A DNA stretch of 64,000 nt from the human T2T-CHM13v2.0 reference genome, Homo sapiens: NCBI RefSeq assembly GCF_009914755.1, contig NC_060934.1, one strand, 5' to 3'. Numbering within the stretch: position 1 is the first letter of the stretch; every line of letters starts with the position of its first letter. The notes beneath the pieces were generated by a model. The model was not told the DNA's origin and searched no databases. It worked only from the letters and a program-made list of their open reading frames with translations. The position numbers were made by a program, and so were the translations under genes. This document shows positions 39,989-54,797 of this stretch, piece after piece.

Positions 39989-40386
39989 TGTGGCAGGGTC
40001 AGCCAACTCCCCAGCAAAGTTATGCTCCCCTTCTGTGCTCTAGAAGGGCTGCCCAGCCCCCATGTACCTGGGTGGGCTGTATGACATTCTTGGCACTAGA
40101 ACATGAACAAAAGTGATATAGGTCACTTTTGGCTGATGGTATTTAAGCGAGTATTCCTTCTTCATATCCTTTCTTTCCCCATCTGCCAGCTGAGATTAGA
40201 GTATCCCACGGTTTTAGGAGATGGAGGTGTCAGGCATGGCATCTGGTCCTAACTCACTGTATGGAGGAAGGCCACCTGCAGCCTAGAGCCTCAGAGCATC
40301 ATACAGAAGGAAAACACGCTTCTAATATGGTAACCCACTGAGCATTTGGGGTTTGATTCCAAAGCAGCCAGTGTTATCCAACATAC
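39989..40386 (+). mobile_element. Old MaLR LTR (MLT1-like)
   Basis: 3' end aacccactgagcatttggggtttg...gcagccagtgttatccaacataca resembles MLT1 LTR ends. Confidence 0.5.
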
Positions 40387-40803
40387 ACAGAGTGTCTCAC
40401 TTTTTACAAATGCATTTTCCCATGTCTTGAGGCAGCAAGGATTATTAAGGTATAAGCATGCCAGAAACCCAGAAAGTTTTATTACTTAGAGAGGGAGCAG
40501 GGGCTGCTGTCCAGCAAACCCAAGCACCCTCTCCCAATGGAGACATTTATAAGGATGACATTAGAACTGGATCTCAATCAATTGGCCAAACCAACGCAAG
40601 CTGCTACGCTCCCCTGATGATGGTAGACCAGCGGCCACTTAATGATTGAGCTTGGTGAATTTTGAGATCATGCTGATTTCCAGGACCAAACTGATAACAC
40701 TGCACCATCCTCTCCGAGTGGTTTCCCTTTTCTTCCCCAAGTATATAAGGCATACTATTAGGCACAGATTTTTAATGACCAGGTATTTATTTTTTCTTAA
40801 CTT

Positions 40804-41081
<278 letters not shown>

Positions 41082-41345
41082 CTTAACTTTTTTTTTTTAA
41101 CTTTAATTGTAGGTTCAGGGGTACATGGGCAGGTTTGTTATGTAGGTAGACTGCATGTTAGCGAGGTTTGGTGTACAGATTATTTCATCACTCAGGCAAT
41201 AAGCACAGTTCTCCACAGGGAGTCTTTTGATCCTCTCCTTCCCCGTGTCTGTTGTTCCCTTCTTTGCATCCATATGTACTCAATGTTAGCTCCCACTTAT
41301 AAATGAGAACATGCAGTATTTGGTTTTCTGTTCCTGCATTAGTTT
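41082..41345 (-). mobile_element. L1PA/PB 3' end fragment
   Basis: taggttcaggggtacatg...ctcccacttataaatgagaacatgcagtatttggttttctg. Confidence 0.85.
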
Positions 41346-43069
41346 TCCCTCCAAGTGGTTTCTATCAACCTCGGGCTATTAACTCTGGAGTATATTAATA
41401 ATTCTAATTTACAAATAAATTAATAAATGAAAGTGCTCCTCTGTGGATGCAAAGGCAACATACCAGGACTTACTCATAGTGCTGTAACAATCTTGAAATC
41501 TTTGTAACTTCCCCTGGCAGACAGACTGGTTATTCCTGGTATCAAAATATACTAACTAGGTTCAAACAATGATTCACAAGAAAAATGATAATGTTTTTGC
41601 AATTTAGAAGGGTATTATATTGAAGTAATTGGTATATTACACAGGGACTTAAGAGCAGTTCTTCTCTTTGCAAAAAGAAAGAAAGAAAGAAATAAAAATC
41701 AATTTCATGGAGGTACAGATGGAAACTTCTTCTGTATCTGAGAGTTTTCCTAGGACATATATGTCTCCAGGCCTGATCTAGGAGATGAAACATCATTCTC
41801 ACTCAGTGATACGCAACTTAGTTCTGTGACAAACCATTATCAGTTCATTCTAGAAGGGAAGTGATTTCTAGAAAATATTAGAGTTAATTAGGAAAGACTC
41901 TAGGATAAATGTTAAGTCTCAGGAAGGGTTTATAGCCAGAATCACAGCAATTAAGAGAAGCCTGGAAAAGAGTGGTCTGAATTGGCCTGTTTCCCAAAGG
42001 AGCAGAGAATGTCCGTAGACCCCAGGGATTGGAGAGCTGAGACCAGCTCCGTTCACTAAGCTCAGACATGCCTTCCCCATCTCATTCCTTTCAAGCAACA
42101 AACACACAAACATTGGGTTTTTTGGGGGTTTCCCATCCAAATAGGATGAAGGAGAACAGTTTAAGTCCAGGATTTAAACTTCAGAATGTGTAGGAGAGGA
42201 GAACAGAACAGATCATCATTGGCAAAGATCATCATTGTATTTTTGTGTCTGCATTGGGTGTTGTCAGACTGTATAGTGATCTGTGTAATAATCTATTTCT
42301 ACTTCCCTTAGCTTTTCCTCATTCTGCTGAAGGACAACTCCCAAGTGTTAACAAAATTCTTTCTCATTTAGAATCATGCATACATAAATGGTCGTCATCC
42401 AATTCACGGGTTTTCAACCTTGCTCTGAGGAACAGCATCCTAGCATTAATTCTTCAGGGATGCCTCTGTTTTAAAAGGAAAGTAGCGATGTCCTCCTCAG
42501 ATGCGAAATGAGGTCTTGATGAATTCACCAACACTGAACAGATCCTTTCTCAGGGCTCCTTTCCACATGGCCTGAGCTCACCAGCATGCCGCCTGCCTTC
42601 CAGGTCAGGACAATTCAAACTTCCAGCAACTCCTGACCATGGGTGACAGCTCCAGCCATGAGCAGGTGTGAGTGGCTTCTCTTCCCACCAACCTGGGGTT
42701 TTTCTGACTTGCTCAGGCGACCCAGCAAGGTCAATGGGGAGTCCAGCAGCCCTTCCACAAACATTCCTGCCATTTCCTCGGACTGGGTCAGCCAATATCG
42801 CTACCATTTCCTCTATGTAATGAAGAAAAAAATGCCTCGTTTATTGTTCAAGAACTTACTTTTGATGACGAATGGTGATGAGGCTGAGAAGTATTTTCTA
42901 CCTGTAGGATGTCATTACTCATCCCATCCTTTCATGATTTCTCAGCAAGGAGGCAGGTGACTATTCACTCTGATAGGATATTTATGAACCCTATTTGGGC
43001 AGTTAGAGGAAGTCAGGCTTTAGAGGAAGAAAATCAGAACAGCCTATCACACATCATTCCATTATTCCC

Positions 43070-43340
43070 CAAGTATTTATTCAACACCGACTAGGTGCCA
43101 GGCATTGTTCTAGGCTTTGGGGATATGGGAATGAAGAGAACAAAAAAATCTCAGCCCTCATGGAGCTTGCATTCAGTGGGGCCAACAGATAATAGGCAAG
43201 CTAAGGGAACAGAATGAGTTAGAAAGAGTAGAATTAAGGAGAAAAAAATAAAAGAGCAAGGGAAGAGGGTGTGTATTGAACTTTTAGGGACAGTGGACCT
43301 CACCAGGAAACCTCACCAGTAAGAGGGTCATTTGAGCCCC
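43070..43340 (-). mobile_element. L2 3' fragment
   Basis: aagtatttattcaacacc...gtgccaggcattgttctagg...gccctcatggagcttgcattc. Confidence 0.7.
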
Positions 43341-43606
43341 TCACCCGAAGGGAAGAAGGTGTGAGTGCACCTCGGGAAAGAGCTGGTACAAGTGTCTGCA
43401 GACAGGACTGGCCTGGAGGAACTTACTCAACAGTGGGAAACAGTCTGCTCTTCCTGCAGACACACACCCAGAGAGGCAACCCATTTTCTACTTGGCATCA
43501 TTCTTAGATAGGTCAAGGTCATGCTGATGGTGAGAAGATCCCATGGAGTGTCAATACACTGGGAGCTGTGCCTCTGTATGGGCCAGGCACTGGGAATGAC
43601 TGAAGG

Positions 43607-45460
43607 TATTTTTATTTATTTTAAATAATTTCAACTTTTATTAGCAATGAAGGGGTACATGTGCAAATTTGTCACATGGATATATTGCATGATGCTGGGG
43701 TCTGGGGTCCTGTCACCCAGGTAGTGAGCATAGTACCCAATAGGTGTTTTTTCAGCTCTTGCTCCCCTCCCATCCTCCCCCATCTAATAGTCCCCAGTGT
43801 CTGTTGTACTCATCTTTACATCTACGTGTATTCAATGTTTAGTGCCCACTTATAAGTGAGAACACGTGGTATTTGACTTGCTATTCTTGCACTAATTTGC
43901 TTAGGATAATGGCCTCCGGCTCCATCCATGTTGCTGCAAAGGACATAATTTCATTCTTTTGATGGCTGTGTAGTATTCCATACCACGTTTTCTTTATCCA
44001 ATCCACTGTTGAAGGGCACCTAGGTTGATTCCATGTCTTCGCTATTGTGAATAGCGCTATAATGAAAGTATGAGGGCACGTGTCTTTTTGGTAGAATGAG
44101 TCATTTTCTTTTGGATATATACACAGTAGTGGGGTTGCTGGGTCAAATGGGAGTTCTGTTTTAAGTTCTTCGAGAAACTGCCAAACTGCTTTCCACAGTG
44201 GCTAGCCTTGCCAGCATCTGTTATTTCTGACTTTTTAATAATCGCCATTTTGACTGGTGTGAGATGGTATCTCACTGTGGTTTTGATTTGCATTTCTCTG
44301 ATGATTAGTGTTGTTGAACATTTTTTCATATGGTCACTTGTATGTCTCCTTTTGAGAGGTGTCTGTTTATGTCCTTTGCCCATTTTTAAATTGAACTATT
44401 TGTTTTTTACTTGTTGATTTAAGTTCCTTGTAGATTCTGGATATTAGACCTTTGTCAGATGCATAGTTTGTGAATATTTTCTCCCATTCTGTAGGCTGTC
44501 TGTTGGTAATTTCTTTGGCTGTGCAGAAGCTCTTTAATTAGGTCCCACTTGTCAATTTTTGTTTATGTTGCAATTGCTTTTGGGGACTCAGCCATAAATT
44601 ATTTGCCAAAGCCAAAATAAAAGGCATCCAAATAGGAAAAGAAGAAGTCAAACTTTCTCTCTTTGCTGACAATATAATTCTATACATAGAAAATGCTAAA
44701 AATTCTGCCAAAAGGCTCCTGGAGCTGATAAATGAACTCAGTAAAGTTTCAGGATACAAAATCAATGTACAAAAACCAGTAGCATTTCTCTACACCAATA
44801 ATGTTCTAGCTGAGAACAAAATCAAGAACACAATCCCATTTGCAATAGTCACACAGAAAAAGGAGATACCTAGGAATCTATCTAGCCAAGGAGAGGAAAG
44901 TTCTCTATAAGAGAACTACAAAACACTGCTGAAAGAAATCAGAGATGACCCAAATAAACAAAAAAATATTCCATGCTCATGGATTGGAAGAATCAATATT
45001 GTTAACATGTTCATACTACCCAAAGCAATGTACAGATTACAATGTAAATAACAATGTAATTTTTCACAGAATTAGAAAAAACTATCCTAAAATTCATATG
45101 GAACCAAAAAGGAGCCTGAATAACCAAAGCTATCTTAGGCAAAAAGAACAAAGCCAGAGGTATCATATTATCTGACTTTAAACTATATTATAAGGCTACA
45201 GTAACCAAAACAGCATGGTAGTGGTACAAAAACAGACACATAGACCAATGGAACAGAATAGAGACCCCAGAAATAAACCCCCACACCTATAACCATCTAA
45301 TCTTTGACAAAAATTGACAAAAATAAACAATGGTGAAAGGACTCCCTATTCAATAATAAATGCTGCTGGGATAACTGGCTAACCATATGCAGAAGATTGA
45401 AACTGAACCCCTACCTCTCACCATTTACAAAAATTAACTCAAGATGGATTAAAGATTTAA
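43607..45460 (-). mobile_element. L1 (L1PB-like) with 5' inversion: 3' part on minus (43607-44613), inverted ORF2 part on plus (44614-45460)
   Basis: Orientation switches at ...tttgccaaagcca|aaataaaaggcatcc. Candidate TSD aaggt(a/g)ttttt at 43603 and 45460. Confidence 0.88.
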
Positions 45461-46695
45461 AGGTGTTTTTCATAAGAACTCCAAACCCTTATTCCCCCAC
45501 CTTTTTATTTTTTTAAAGCAAACTGCTTTTTAAGCAGGCAAAGGTCTGCTCCTCATCTCCCTTTTGCTGCTCTAAGATAGTCTCATTTGATCAAAACACA
45601 GAACTAAGTATGGAAAACTTACAGCAAACCCAATGACTGCCCCCCAATACAAAAAATTTAATAAATGAAAATTACTTCAAATCTTAAGAGATAAGGGAAA
45701 TTTGCCAGTAGCGAATATTAGATTCCTCTAATGGTAACACCATCTTAATCCACACATATTAGAATATTTTCTACATCCTAAGTAGCCACTGGTTACCTAG
45801 TGCCTAGAGCAAAGCAGGTGCCAATGCTCAGCAAGGCCAGGTGCATCACCTGCTCCCCAGGTGCTGACTCTGCCTACATACCTCTGATGATGGCAGAATA
45901 CAACTTTGAGTGGCAAATTCACAACTCTCTCATTTATTCACTCACTTATGGAGCAATAGTTTTCAAGTGTCTATTATACTCAAAGCACTGAAGAGGATCC
46001 CAATTCCAATATGACCTGAACCTGGTCCTGTGCCCCCCTTGCCAAGCTCCTTCCTTAAGGGATGTGCCCACCTTCCTATCTCATTTCCTCTCCAGCCGTT
46101 CTCCAAGGCCCATATAATTCCACTCCTCCAGAAATGGTCTTTGAAGTCCCAAACCCCCAGAAACATATCTTTTATGCCACATAAATGGAGTCTGAGTGGA
46201 ACTGTGCAGTCCAAGGCTGTGTTGTAAGTTCTCGCTGCCTTCATGTGTCACCATATTCTGGCCACAACATTATAAATTCCCAAGACTAGTAATTGAGTTA
46301 AAATATATAATTTTTTTGGCATAACTATTTATGGAGTACCTGCTTTTAGCTAGGTGATATGGTGGTGCTTTCTCATGGTAATATTTTTCTTCTTTTATAC
46401 TTTTTTTTGAATTTAAAATTTTGGAACAATCCAATGAAACAGTTATTATTGCTCCATTTGCAAATGAGGTGAAGGGATTTGACAGTTCACAGTTAGGGGA
46501 TGGCAATACTAGATTTCACCAATTCTTATGATTCCATGTTCAGGTACTAAAAACCATTTTCTTTATTACCAGTGCCAGTTCAGCACTGGATGACCAGCAG
46601 TGAATGCCGAAACACAGAAGGTGATTGATTAACCCTCAATGTACCGATTTAAACACAGGAGACAAATCCTGCTGTGATCCCACATATGCCTGGAC

Positions 46696-47320
46696 CAGTG
46701 GTTCTCAAAGTGTGCTCCCAGGACAAGCAGCACCAGGAACTTTCTAGAAATGCACATTCTCAAGCCCCACTCAGACCTACTAAGTCAGAAAACTCAAGGT
46801 AGGGGCCTAGCAACCTGTATTTTAATAAGCTCTGCAGACGATTTGCTAAATTGATGTTGAATTTACACAACATAAAATTCATCCTTTAAGTCACTTCGAA
46901 GTATGTAATCCAATGTTTTTTTCCAGCACATTCACAATGTTGTGTAGCCATCACTACTAACTGCAGAACTTCCCCCCACCCCTCAAACAAACCCCACATC
47001 CATGAAGCCATCACTCCTCATTCTCCATTCCCCACCCAGCCCCTGCCAACCACGAATCTGCTTTCTGTCTCTACAGATCGCCTGTTCTGTTCATTTCATG
47101 TACACGGAATCCTACACCATGTGGCCTTTTGTGTTTGGCTCCTTTCCCTTAGAATAGTGTTCTCGAGGTTCATCCACATGGTAGCATGCATTGGAACCTC
47201 ATTCCTTCTTATGGCTGGATGATATTCCATTGTAAGTGAGACCATACCACAATTTGCTATCTGCTCATCTGTTAATGATCCAGGTGATTTTGATGCCCAT
47301 TAGAGACTGGAAACAACTTC
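46696..47320. mobile_element. MER5A split by an old L1M 3' fragment (approx. 46845-47278, minus)
   Basis: Starts cagtggttctcaaagtgtg...ttttaataagctctgcag and resumes ccaggtgattttgatgc...aaacaact. The insert has L1M motifs (cacaatgttgtgtagccatcac, ggttcatccacatggtagcatg). Confidence 0.75.
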
Positions 47321-50054
47321 CCTAGATTTAAAATTCAAATGCTGTTGTACCTATTTGTGTCGTGACAATAAAAAATGCAATCTAGACTCACCATGGGCCA
47401 CTTGTCATATCCTAAAAAATAATTCTGTTTTGCTCTCTTGTCCCATCTTCTAAGAAAAGCCCAATGTATGGCATTTTGAAAACCTGACCTGATTTTGTGA
47501 TCACATGAAAGATGTGCCAATGGACAACAGGCAAGGCAAGGAATCATAGGCAGGATCTGTCAGTGCGATCGTTGATAAGACTGCTATGGCTCACTTAGCC
47601 ATGCCAGAGAGAGGATGCTGGCAAGATGCTACTGATCTGATTTTAGGCATGTGCTAAAAATCCCAAGAGTATCTGTCTTATAAACAAACTTCATATCAGA
47701 AATGAATTTTCAAGTACCTGGAAGTGTTATGTGAAATTGACTAATCCTCATACTGCACAGTAATTAAAGTGTAGGAAAAGTTCTGGTTGTGAACAGAGTG
47801 ATGTTTCCCTTCCACCTGCTTCCAAATCCAAAGTATGGTACATGGTCATTGTGCCTCCTTTGTGCTTGTATTTTTCTTATTTAACAGCTTTATTCCCCGG
47901 AGCATCCATGAAAAGAACATTGACTTGGGCCAGGTAGTTGCTCATGACATCAAAGATCTCATACAGCCCCTCGTCTGTGGTTAAAAAGACAAGCCTCAGT
48001 TTCTTCCGTAGCTTTTGGCAAGCTCATCACAATGTACTTTTTAACATGTCTAATAAATTATCCCACATGTGCCAGGACAGCAGCTAACTGAAGTGACCTA
48101 TAGCAGTGAGAGACTGGTGCAAAGCAATAAAACTGGAGAATTACTCAGGAAAGAAGCCCTTTAGCACGATCCTTTCCCTTGGCGTGAGAATGCTTTAAAA
48201 TGGTGATACCTGCGGCCCAGGAAAAAAAAGTGCTGCTTTCAGCTCAGAGGCAGAGAATTTATCTCCAAAGCCGTGGCAGGGTGACTGTGGCCCCCGCTAC
48301 GATGTGACCTCTTTTGTTAGCCTTGCTTTCCTTTTTCTCTAATATTTAACTACCAGGGACACTTGAGGCAAGTTTACCATGTTGAATGCAAGGTTAAAAA
48401 TAAAAAAGGATGAAACAGACAGCTGGGTGATTTTGGGGAAAAAAACACCACTTTTAAAAAGAGGAATGCCACTTACAGCTCCCCACCATAAAGGCAATCA
48501 CAGCTTCATATTTTAGCCATCACAAAGCTGCCAAGTAAAATATTATTAGGGCTTACTTTTACTTTGAAAAATCTGCAGTCAGAAGGTTCTTTTCTTGTAG
48601 GAGCCTATTGTGCGTCTCACTGCTATATTCTTGGGGGTGAATCACACTAGGCCAATTTATCAACCTTGACAGTAGAAGTCGGGAGTTATCTGACTTGCAA
48701 AAGCTCTCTGGGTATGATTCGGAGACAACTGCTTTTCTTGCTGGAAATTAGGCGTCTGGAGAAACCAGCTATAATCAGGCTGGATTCAGGGGGGCTGCAG
48801 GTCAGGGTCCTGCTGCTTCCTGTGACTCTGCGGCCTCATTAATAAACACGCACTGAGTCTAGGTTCCCCACCTCCAAGCTCAGGGGCTCACATCTGTCTG
48901 AGTGCTGACGGCAGGAAAGGAGTGGAAGTGACCGAGGAAGAAGGATGGAACAGCCAGGCAGCAGCTGAGAACAGCTTGGAGCCAACATAACTGTGTGATA
49001 GGAAAAGCCAAAGTTGCAGGGAACCGGGGATGGGAATCCATCCAGATTTTTCAGTTTAAACTGATTGGGGGAAAAAAACAAAACAAAACAAAAAACAACC
49101 TCATATCGTCCACAGCTGACAAATGATTAGATGGTAAAGGGCTAACTGGTTTTGGAAAATATGTTGCTGACATTCTGCTTCCCACTGGTTTCTTTTTGCA
49201 GACCAAAATGGAGTTTTGTTTTTCTCCTGACAGCAGATGCCACAGATTGGGCAGACCCAGGAGGCTCTTCTTTACCTGGGCGTGTGGTGAGAACTCAAGT
49301 CCGAAGCCTATGTCTGAGCAGCCTATCTGTACTTCATTGAGCCTCTGTTTTCACATCTATAAAATAGGGATAACAACTACCTCATTGCACTGAAGTGGAG
49401 GCTAAACGAGCTTCAAACAAAAAGATCAAAGTCTGGTTAACTTCCAAGCACTGTGAAATGCTAGCTCCTAGTACTGACAGGCAAAAGATGTGTCTTTCTT
49501 TCTCCCATTGGGAGTTGCCCTGACTGCGAATCCCCCCGTATATGATAGTGCTCAAGAACATTTCCAATATGGTATAGAATGTAGTACTTGTAGCCAAAAT
49601 AGAGCACGCTTTACACTGTAAAACCACAAATACAAGTAAATTTGAGAGCAAGATGATTCAGGAGGCGAAGGGATGAGCAAACAGTTAAAGATCATTCCCT
49701 CCGTTTAATACATAGATGGTGTCAAAGAAGCAAAACAGCCTGTTCCATTCTGGAAGGGCCAGTTTTTCTTTAGCTCAACAAGAGCATGTAGTTAGGAGCA
49801 CAACCAACCAATGAAGCAATCCACAAACAAAACAAAAACGCCATTTAGATGGCTGTTACCTGCTACGCAGCTGTGGTTGTCTTCTGTTCCTGAAAGCTTT
49901 TTTCTGGCCCTTTTCCTAAAGCTCATGTCACATGAGCTCACCCCACATCTTCCGTCCATTTCCTGGCCACAGCCAAGTCCAGGCACTGAGCTCAGAGTGA
50001 GACGTGGCCACAAATTGTGGGATCCATTCTCTGGAGAAGACAATCTAATGACTG

Positions 50055-50390
<336 letters not shown>

Positions 50391-53144
50391 TAGCTTGCTG
50401 AGCTTTTCCAAAAACAACTTAGCCATTCTTAGTTCACAGCCAGTTCTACATATTCCTAGTCCCTTGAGAAGCATAAGCCCAACATGAATTCCCTCTTCTC
50501 TTCCCAAGTGAGAGCGAGGTCCTCTTACAGTATGAGGGGGCAGGGGACCGCAGTGTGGGGAATGGACATTGCTTGGACAAGCTGCTGACCAAAAATTCTA
50601 GGGCCATCTTCAGGAAAATCTTCAGGTCTTTCCCCAGTTATGCCCAACAATAAAAACTTTCAATCACCACACACAGAATGTATGTGCAACCAAGTAGCAC
50701 GCCTGGTAGGCCAGGGCGGTGGCATTTGTACTCGCAGGTGACCGGCCTCATGTTCAGTGCCGTGGCAGGCCTGCTGTGGATGCAAGGAGGTCATATCATT
50801 TTAGGGGCTTTTTACTCCATCCTGCCTGGAGCGGGGCTGGCCAGGAGCTACCATTTGTTTAGTGAAACCCTGCTGGGGACCAGAAGCCTGGCAGACATTC
50901 TCTCACTGACACCTCTGGGAGCCAATTATGACTCCTATTTTAGAGATGAGGAAGCTGAGTGCAGGCAGCTTGGGTTCCTTGCCGGGACCCTGCAGTTTCT
51001 GCGTGGAGACTGAAAGCACAGATCTGACTAGAAGGCCTGTGTTCTTCCCACTCAACCACACCGCCTCGAGGGCTATCAGGAGCTGCCCCAGGGCAGGGCC
51101 TCTGGGCAGCCTCAGGCATGACCCAGCACAAATGGCTATGCCAGCAGCAGTAGTATCCATGGGTTGGGAGAGGCAGCTGCTCCGATGCCTCGGGACTCCC
51201 TGGAGCCAGACGTAAACAGAAGGAACACCCAAGGTTCTACACTTCCTTCCAGGTGTACCTTAGAGGACTTCCCTAAAGGTCTTTGGTGTAACAGAAGACA
51301 AAGGCCCAGTCTTGGGATTCATCCAGCTAGCCTGAGGTGATACCTGGGCCAGATCGTGCACACCTGAGGAGGGCTGCAAGCCTGTTGAGACCCTAATGAG
51401 CTGCAGGCAGGGGAAATAGGCGCCCCGCCTCAAAAGCCTCGTGACTCCTCCTCACGGTGTGATGGGAGAGGGAACTGGGCCTGAGTCAGCCCACTCTGCC
51501 TGCCCAGCGGTGCACAGGGACACAGCTCTGACCACACAGGCTCAAACGGTAGAACAGAACTGAGGCTGAAGCTAATGGGGCAATCCATCCTCACGTCCAC
51601 TCCAGAAACAGAAAGTGACTGCCTTATAACTGGACGCTGAGCCAGTGGGCCAACCAGACGGACCACAGAAAGCTAAGAAAACCACCAGGCCAGGAGCAAA
51701 TGACCAGAAAGATCCTTAGTAGGCCATTTCCATTGTTAATAGCAAACACCTGGGCCCCAGAATGCAGCCATCTGCAGCACATTATAATTCATGGTCTTAA
51801 CTTGTGAACTTTGACCTCTGCTCCTCCTCCCTGAAACCAATTTAAGTGCAAATATAATTTCCCAGAATTTTTAATAAAGTCACCAACTGAGCTCTGGTCA
51901 GTTGAGACATGTACAGGAAGCTTCTGGACGTTACCAGAAAGTGGACTTTTCACTTCTGAGCTACGATGGCTATTTCTTCCTGCACCAAGTCCTGAAAGAC
52001 CAAGAACCCAGGGGCGGGGGACACAGTGTCCATATTAAAAGGACCTCAGCCCATCAGAGGCCATGTATCAGACGAGCTACTCAGCTTCATTGCAAGAAAT
52101 GACTGCTGAATTTGTGTGGGGGTTGTTGGAGGAGCAGACTCTCGTAGACATGGACAGATGCAGTGGTTAATAATGGACAGTGGGCATGTCTGAAATGGTA
52201 CCACCCTTTCTTCCTAGCCCAGTAGACAGACCTGCACAGAATACGCTAGTTCTTTCTGCTGACTTAGCAAGCCTGTAACAGGATAGAGGCTTCTAATCAA
52301 ACATGATAGAAAAAGCAGTCACGGTAGATATCTACAAGCCTGCCACCAGGGCTGAAGTCTACACGTGCCCAGTTCTTGCCCCACTGAGCAACTGACACTG
52401 AAGTTACCACCAGGGCAATGTGGAACTCAAGAATGGGAAAGAGCTGTCCCTCTCAACCCTCCCCATCCCCAAGCCTGCGAGCCAAAGGCTCACAGGTACC
52501 CGGTGAAAGGCCAAAGAATGGATCAGGAGCCTGAGGCTGCAGGCTGAGATCCAGAATGACCCTGACCACCTGTGGGCCCTCTGGCCTTCCTGAGCCTCAG
52601 TGTGCTCACCTGTAAAATGGAGACGATTGTACCTGTTCTTTATTTTTAGGGCTGTGACAATGAAAGGAGATGCCAAAGATCTTTGTAAACTGGAGAATGG
52701 TTCTACAAAGTCTTATGCTCACAACTGCTTTTAGATTTGATATTTTTGATCTCTCTCTTCCCACTTTAGCTAAATTAAGCAAAGACTTTCAGGGGAAGGC
52801 CCTGCTGGAAAGACTCTACTGTTCGAAAGCAAATTGTTTCCCTCACCCAGGTCTCCATGGATTATGTACAGAAAAGCAGTGGACTCTGCCTCCTATTTAT
52901 CTGGGTTTTCTCTGCTCTATTTTGTTTTTATTTTCTTCTATTTATTGTATTGTGTGTATCATTACAAACTATTGTAAATCCATTGTAGAATGATGTGGAA
53001 TAAACAAAAAATGAAAATGCTGCTGCTGCAATTGCTAGATTTAGTACAAAAGACAGTGGCCTCAGAGCGTTCTCCCCAGAGATTTTGCCATTACACAGAT
53101 GAGGAAGAGAAAACCTCACTCTGCACTTATCTAATTGTGCTGTA

Positions 53145-53480
53145 CTCATCATCCCTCTCTCCATCCGCCCACCCAGCCAACGTCTATCCATCTGTCCATT
53201 GTACCATCTATCTATCCATTATCTGTCCATTTCTATCCATTATCCATTTCCACCTACCCATTATCCATTCATCCACCTATCCACCTACCTATCATTGATT
53301 TATCCATCTACCCATCTTTCCTTCTTTCCATCCATCCTTCGTCTGTCTGTCCGTCCGTCCATCCATCCATCATTCCACCCACCCATTATCCATTCATCCA
53401 CTGACCCATCTACCTATTATTTATCTATCCTTCCTTCCTCCCATCCATGCATCCATCATCCAGCCACCCGCTCATGGATC
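53145..53480. repeat. Degenerate (CCAT/CTAT)n array
   Basis: Direct reading. Confidence 0.85.
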
Positions 53481-53590
53481 CTTTCAGTCAAGAAGTATTT
53501 ATTGAGCTCTACTATGTGTCAGGCACTGTTCTAGGTGCTGGGGATTCAGCAATAAACAAAACACAAATTCCTGACCTTGTGGAGCTGAAA
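53480..53590 (-). mobile_element. L2 3' end
   Basis: aagtatttattgagctctactatgtgtcaggcactgttctaggtgctggg...ccttgtggagct. Confidence 0.8.
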
Positions 53591-54071
53591 ATGAGTCCTT
53601 TTGGATATTGTCTGTTGTAGAGAAGTCTAGAAATAACCCTTTACCCCACACTGTGGCCTCTGTGCCTGGGGAGAGGAGGAAGCCATGGGGGTAAGTGTGT
53701 GGGAGGGGGATTGCAGGATTGGCAGGATTTCAGTTGAAATGTTTTCACACATGCTGTACAACAAATAAAATGCTGGGTTAACGAGCCAGTGACAGGAAAG
53801 CATTCTCTGCTGCTGGAACATAAATTGAAGGAGGTTTGCAGAATTAAATGGCTTAAAAATGGGGCTACCTCCCACCTCCCAGAGGTTGCACAGGGACATG
53901 GCTCTGTACTGAGGCAGCTTTAGTTCTCTCATAAAGCCCAGATGTGTTCACGGCCACTTCCATGTGTCAAACACACTGGGAAAAAGCCGCTTGACTTTAT
54001 GTCCTGGGGCTTCTACTTAGGTCGGTCTGGAAAAATGCAAGCAGTTCATTTAACACTCTGAGCTCCAGTAA

Positions 54072-54406
<335 letters not shown>

Positions 54407-54450
54407 ATAAAATAGGTATAGTCATGACCATCTCACTAAGTTCATCCATG

Positions 54451-54797
<347 letters not shown>

